From Ministeria vibrans ATCC 50519 (taxonomy: Eukaryota > Protista > Filasterea): a stretch of DNA of 64,000 nucleotides. Position 1 is the first letter of the stretch. Each line of letters starts with the position of its first letter. The translations under genes were made by a program, and so were the position numbers. The stretch covers positions 62,001 to 126,000 of the forward strand of contig CALSCP010002431.1 of the NCBI GenBank assembly GCA_943704425.1. Reading direction: 5' to 3'. Of this stretch, positions 61,324 through 64,000 are shown piece by piece. The notes beneath the pieces are model-generated. The model searched no databases, had not been told where the DNA came from, and saw nothing but the letters and a program-made list of their open reading frames with translations.

Positions 61324-62651
61324 ATGACTTCTCTTCCTCCGCCGCCCGAAGCCGCCTTTACAATCCGGGCGCTCCAGTCGTCCGTGTGTTCCCTCCATTT
61401 TGTAAGGATACCGCGGCTCACCGAGGACGACACAGAAGAGCTTCTGATCGCGGGGTAGGAATAAACGAAGAGTGATCTCTACTCCGTCTGACTGATTATC
61501 GTCCCTTCTTTAGAACCTCACACGGCGGAATCCACGTGTTTGATCTGGCGACGCGGCGATGTGTAATGCATCTGGTCGACGACGAGCCGTCTGAAACACA
61601 CGCAATCACTTCGGTGGGCACCACTCGCGAGCATTTGGTTGTGTAAGGCGCCGGCGCGTCTTGTGTGTGATCACCTCACTGTTTCCCATTCAGGCAGGCT
61701 CGCGACGGCACTACGCGTGTCTGGTGTCTGAACGACATTGTAACAGATGGGCAGGAGGCACTGTACGAATGCTGTTTGGGGGCTGAGGGCTTTGGCGGAG
61801 CAGCATGTTTCGGCGACTGCTTTGCACTGCACTCTGGCATTGCTGGCGATGTAAGGCTGTTCCAATCTGCCGGGTTGTATATTGAAACACTGAGAACGCA
61901 GGAGATCCGGATTGTACAAGTGAACACGGGGGCGGTGACTCGGGAAATGAAGCCAACGGAGAAGCACGGAATGATCATGGGAATGCAATGGATTGCAGAT
62001 GCGCCCAACCGCATTGCAGTGGGCTACGAGGACGGCCAGGTGGTACGCCAGTCCCATTGCACAGAGCGCAAAAAGGATCGCTGTTACTGATGTCAATGGC
62101 TGTCTTTTGTGTTCAGATAGTGTGGAATACGCAGAGCGGTGTGAGTGAAGTGTCTGTCAAGTGTCACCAAGAACCCGGTACGTACCAATTGGGTGCCGTC
62201 TCTCTTCTGACTTGATATGCCTCCCCTTTGGCCATTTTTGCTTTTGGAGAGCACAGTGATGTGTGTTGAGAGTGCGGGAGAAGGACGTCTGGTGAGTGGG
62301 TCTGCGGATGCGCGCATAGTGTTGTCGAGCATGGGCCAAGGCGGTGCGGTGGCCAAGAGCACTGTATTGGGCGCTGCTGGAACGAGTGCTGTGCGTGTGC
62401 GCCCCACCGACTTGCGTGTGCTTGCGTGTGCTGGCTGGGATGGATCTGTCCGTCTGCTTGCAACCCGCTCGTTGCGTCTCCTCGGTGTTCTTTCCATGCC
62501 TGGTCACCATCAGCAAGCGCACACGGCGGACGGAGGTGCTCCTGCCGCTTCTTCAACCTCTGTGCGCGCCCTTGCTTGGACCACCGACGCCGCTTATCTT
62601 GCTGCCGCCTACCAGTCTAGGATTGTCTTCTTCCATCGTCTGCTCTCCTAA
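61324..62651 (+). CDS. GNB1L: GNB1L/ASA1-like WD40 protein (multi-exon)
   Basis: MTSLPPPPEAAFTIRALQSSVCSLHF...LIAG|TSHGGIHVFDLATRR, QARDG, HGMIMGMQW...AVGYEDG, SGSAD and VRVRPTDLRVLACAGWDGSVRL, all matching GNB1L. Confidence 0.88.
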
Positions 62652-62777
62652 AATTTGTAACATAATTTCCCTTCTTATTATTATTGTATGTAAAAGTAAG
62701 CAATACAAATATTGCAATTAATGCTATTGATAATCAATTAATCATTTGCTAATCATTTTTTTCTTCTCCTCTCGAAC

Positions 62778-62879
62778 ATGGGCTGCTGCGGAAGGCAAAA
62801 CAAAGCCAAGCGGCGCTACAAGCGTTTGTGTGACGGCATCTTTCCGGTTCGTGCTCCGACACACACACACACACACACA

Positions 62880-62923
<44 letters not shown>

Positions 62924-64000
62924 NCCCCCCCCCAGCTGGACCCCTCCGACGGCATCATCAACGCCAACATGCAGAAGCTCACCTACTACGCCGTTGTTAC
63001 GCCAAACCGACTCAACAAAATCTCAAAGTACCTCTGGAATCGCTTGTCTCGCGACCTCTCTCGCGGCCGCAAAGGGTATGCATCGCCCCATTTTCTGTCA
63101 TCATCTTTTTTTTTCTTTTTTTTTCTTCACGTTTTGAAATGTCTCCCTCCTCCTCCTCTCCCCCGCGCACGCCGCTGATCCTACTCCGCATCGACACCCT
63201 CTCCTTCCTCTCCCTCCCCCCCGCATCTCCCCTCCCGCTGCGCAGATACGCCCAGATTGCGATGAAGGCGCTCGATCAACTGATGCAGGCGTGCCATTCA
63301 AACCTGAACCTCTTCGTTGAGTACTACCTGCGCATGGTGGAGCGCCTGCTCGAGACCAACGACCCCGACATGATGATCCTGGGCACCTCGTCGTTTGTCA
63401 AGTTTGCCGCCATCGAGGAGGAGACGCCCTCGTACCACAGACGCTACGACTTCTTCGTGTCGCAGTTTAGCAACATTTGCCTGAACCAGAACAAGGACGC
63501 AGCCACACGCGAACGCATCCGCATCGCCGGCCTCCGCGGTCTCCGCGCCATTGTTGTCAAAACAGTCGACAATCTCTACGTCAACATCTGGGCCGACATG
63601 GGCAAGGTCGTGCCGGCGCTGCTCTACAACATGAACGCGGCGGCCGAGGCGGCGTCCCATCCTGCTGCTGCTGCTGCTGCTGCTGCCAGTGCCACAGCTG
63701 CCGGTGCGTCAACCGCCGCCGTTTCCACTACCGTTGAGACAGCAGCTGGTGTCGAGATGCAGACGATGCACAAGGCGTCGCCCGAGCTGCTCAACGACGA
63801 GGACGACCGAGCCAAGCTGGCGCAATACTGTCTGCAGGACATTGCCGGTCGTGCCGACTTCAACTCGCTCAAGCAGATCCTTGTGCCCATGATGGAGTTC
63901 CTCGACCAACACGATTCCTGGCGCACAGGCACCTTTGCACACGACACGTTCCGCTGCATCATGTACGCCGTTCAGTCACAGTTCTTCTCCGTTCCCATCT
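62778..64000 (+). CDS. EFR3: EFR3 (PI4KA plasma-membrane adaptor), 5' part; runs off the window
   Basis: MGCCG...RYKRLCDGIFP|...NMQKLTYYAV..PNRLNKIS.YL...IAMKALDQLMQACH..LNLFVE...GTSSFVKFAAIEEETPSYHRRYDFFVSQFS. Confidence 0.96.

Overview
This is a gene-dense, intron-containing eukaryotic window with GC-rich exons, AT- and microsatellite-rich introns, and five N-gaps. Gene content (EF-hand GPD2, adhesion GPCR, FBXO4, SMIM14, Zwilch, EFR3, IFT139/TTC21B) points to a flagellated unicellular holozoan of choanoflagellate or similar grade; this is inference. About 23 protein-coding genes were reconstructed by eye across GT-AG introns: a PPR-like mitochondrial protein, LAMTOR3, DNAJC21, GPD2, an SH3 protein, a ~2400-aa adhesion GPCR, FBXO4, SMIM14, DUS4L, TTC14, TMEM41B, a PLAC8 protein, an HHxxxD acyltransferase, an mL50-like protein, ZWILCH, TTC21B, NAA15, a YTH protein, a secreted beta-helix (GH141-like) protein, a HEAT protein, SMG6, PFDN6, GNB1L and EFR3. 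The most notable items are four. (1) Two identical intronic box C/D snoRNAs (U35/snR73-type guide) sit in GPD2 introns and have different terminal stems. (2) The adhesion GPCR has an unusual propeller-EGF/L-domain ectodomain. (3) A YTH protein has an apparently degenerate m6A pocket fused to a 57-bp Glu/Arg tandem repeat. (4) A 1.9-kb gene-free region carries direct and inverted repeats. All family calls rest on remembered motifs, not searches, and exon boundaries are manual. No coherent new multi-gene system could be established.
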